Of a DNA stretch of 64,000 nt, positions 62,266 to 64,000 are shown piece by piece; position 1 is the stretch's first letter; each line of letters begins with the position of its first letter. The notes beneath the pieces are model-generated. The model was not told the DNA's origin and did not search any database. It saw only the letters and a program-made list of their open reading frames with translations. This DNA is from Felis catus (taxonomy: Eukaryota): contig NC_058373.1 of assembly GCF_018350175.1 (NCBI RefSeq), positions 102,922,001 to 102,986,000 of the forward strand, given 5' to 3'. A program made the translations under genes and the position numbers.

Positions 62266-62780
62266 TGTATCAGTAAAGATTAGGTTCTGTTGTAACGAAG
62301 ACTTGAATATGGTAGCCTAAGTACACAGTGGCCTAAATTCTTTCACTTAAAAGAAGTCTGGAAGAAAGTTCAGGGTTTGTATGGCAGCTCCATGAAGCCA
62401 TTAAAAAGTCAGGCTCTTCTCTCTTCAGTACATAGTTTTCATCACCAAGGTCTTCTCAGAAGACTGTTGAAGGTCTAGCCATCATGTCTATATCCCAGGC
62501 AGTAGGAAGGAGGAAGGAGGCAAGAGACAAAGGGCTCTTTTTCCCAGCAGTGACTGCCAAGTTTAAATCTTACGCAGGCCCTCTTGGAAATTCCATACAA
62601 TGTTGCCGATTACATCGCTGATCACATGTCACTGAGTGGGACTTCGTCACATGACTATAGCTAACTGCAAAGCAGACTGGGAAATGCCTTTCCGCTGTGT
62701 GTATTGCTGGACCAAATAAAATCAAGGTTCCTTTTACTAAGGAAAAGATAAAAGTGGAAGCAAAAAATAGTTTCTGCCAT
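62266..62780 (-). mobile_element. MaLR solo LTR (MLT1J-like)
   Basis: Starts tgtatcagt; aagaagtctgga..ctagccatcatgtc..gtcacatgac..aactgcaaagcagactgggaaatg..tttctgcca. Confidence 0.8.
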
Positions 62781-63739
62781 GTTCGTTTGGATTTCTTGGG
62801 GCTCTTTGCCTTTTGTCTTTCTGTTATTAAGACTTTTCAGGGAGAAAAGGAAATAGAACTAAAATTCACACTAATAAATTTTGTTTCTTACCATCAGATT
62901 TGATTTAAAAAAAACGCTGGAAAAGAGGCCAGAATCCCCATCTCTATCTGCATTACTTTTCCATATGTTTCTGTCTTATATGTTCTGTCTCCATCACAGG
63001 TCTGGAGCGGGTAGGTGCCAAGTTTGACAGTGGCAGGTAGACACATAGCTCTACAGTTGGAGGGAGAGATAAGGGCTGAATACACAAATCTGGAGATCCA
63101 TAGGGTCAGAGGAGGGTATAAGCCCTAGGAAACAATGGGTGAATATGAAAAGCGAGGAGAAGGAGCCCCCAGAGAACCCAGGACAACCTCAACATATATT
63201 CCTCTTGATTCTTTACCTTACGCTTTTGCAGTGTCTCTGGCCATCCATCCTCTTTTGAGAGTTTCTTGACAATCATGGAGGTGGAATGTCTTTAACATGT
63301 TTGAACTCTCCAGAATTTGGGCATTCAGCCAGCACAGAGGGTTGGTAAGAACTTCTGGCCAAACTTCAAGAGGTTCTCAGAGAGCACATGTTACTTTCCT
63401 TGAAATGCCAGCTTCTTCCATGAGCAATTTCATCTCTAATCCCCCAAGCTCACACATCAGATTTACTTGATAGTCTCTTGAAGAATTAAGACAGTCTTGA
63501 TTTTCAAGTGAGTAGAGCTAATAATTTTATTTTGTTAAAAACCAAGGTTCTAACATGTGTATGGTAACACATTATGAAAGCTTTTCTTAGCACTCCTGCC
63601 CTGAAATCCTCTCCTCCACTCCACTGAATTTGTTATAATCTTACATGAATGAAGGTGACTGGTGGCAGAGCAGCTTTTAAAATAATCTGCAGTGTCTCCC
63701 AATTCTGTGCTCCAAGTCTTCCTGCCATAGAGCACCAAC

Positions 63740-63897
63740 TTATAATTTGTCTGCCTCAATGTCTATTTCCCACTGGGCTGTAAATTCTTGGAAAAGAAGA
63801 ATGGGTCTTATTTAAATTTGACAACCTCAGCATCTTGCACAGTGCCTGGCATTTATCTGGTCCTCATTAAATATTTTTGAATGGATGGATGAATAAA
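63740..63897 (+). mobile_element. L2 3' end
   Basis: gggctgtaaattcttg..gcacagtgcctggca..aaatatttttgaatggatggatgaat. Confidence 0.85.
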
Positions 63898-64000
63898 CAG
63901 TAAAGAGCTTCCAATCACACTGCTCTTGTAGACACTGAAAACACTTCTATTAACATGTCAGGCCAAGATTGGCTGGCATGGACTGCATTAATGTGACATT

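Noticed and set aside
1..64000. Prokaryote-type systems (CRISPR, operons, defence islands)
   Set aside because: The sequence is mammalian; there is no repeat-spacer array or gene-dense segment.

Overview
Mammalian nuclear DNA, almost certainly from a cat-family (Felidae/feliform) genome: it carries 16 CanSINEs and young L1_Fc-type LINE-1 3' ends. It looks like deep intronic or intergenic sequence. I found no protein-coding exon I can support; the recognisable ORFs in the track are translations of SINE, L1 and microsatellite sequence, and the rest look like chance ORFs. Much of the window is recognisable repeat: L1, L2, MIR, CanSINE, ERVL/MaLR LTRs, hAT DNA transposons and a CR1 remnant. The main unannotated signal is a heavily decayed Ty3/Gypsy-type pol on the minus strand at about 2.7-10.5 kb. 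Its protease, RT, RNase H and integrase motifs lie in canonical order and are split by later L2, L1 and MIR insertions. Other notable items: a TSD-flanked L1 with 5'UTR and ORF1 fused directly to its 3' end (no ORF2), a U7 snRNA retrocopy, a short L1 3' transduction, an orphan polyadenylated insertion, a tightly spaced inverted CanSINE pair, and repeat-free homeodomain-motif blocks that may be enhancers. All repeat family names come from recalled consensus similarity, not from a search. Boundaries of old elements are approximate.
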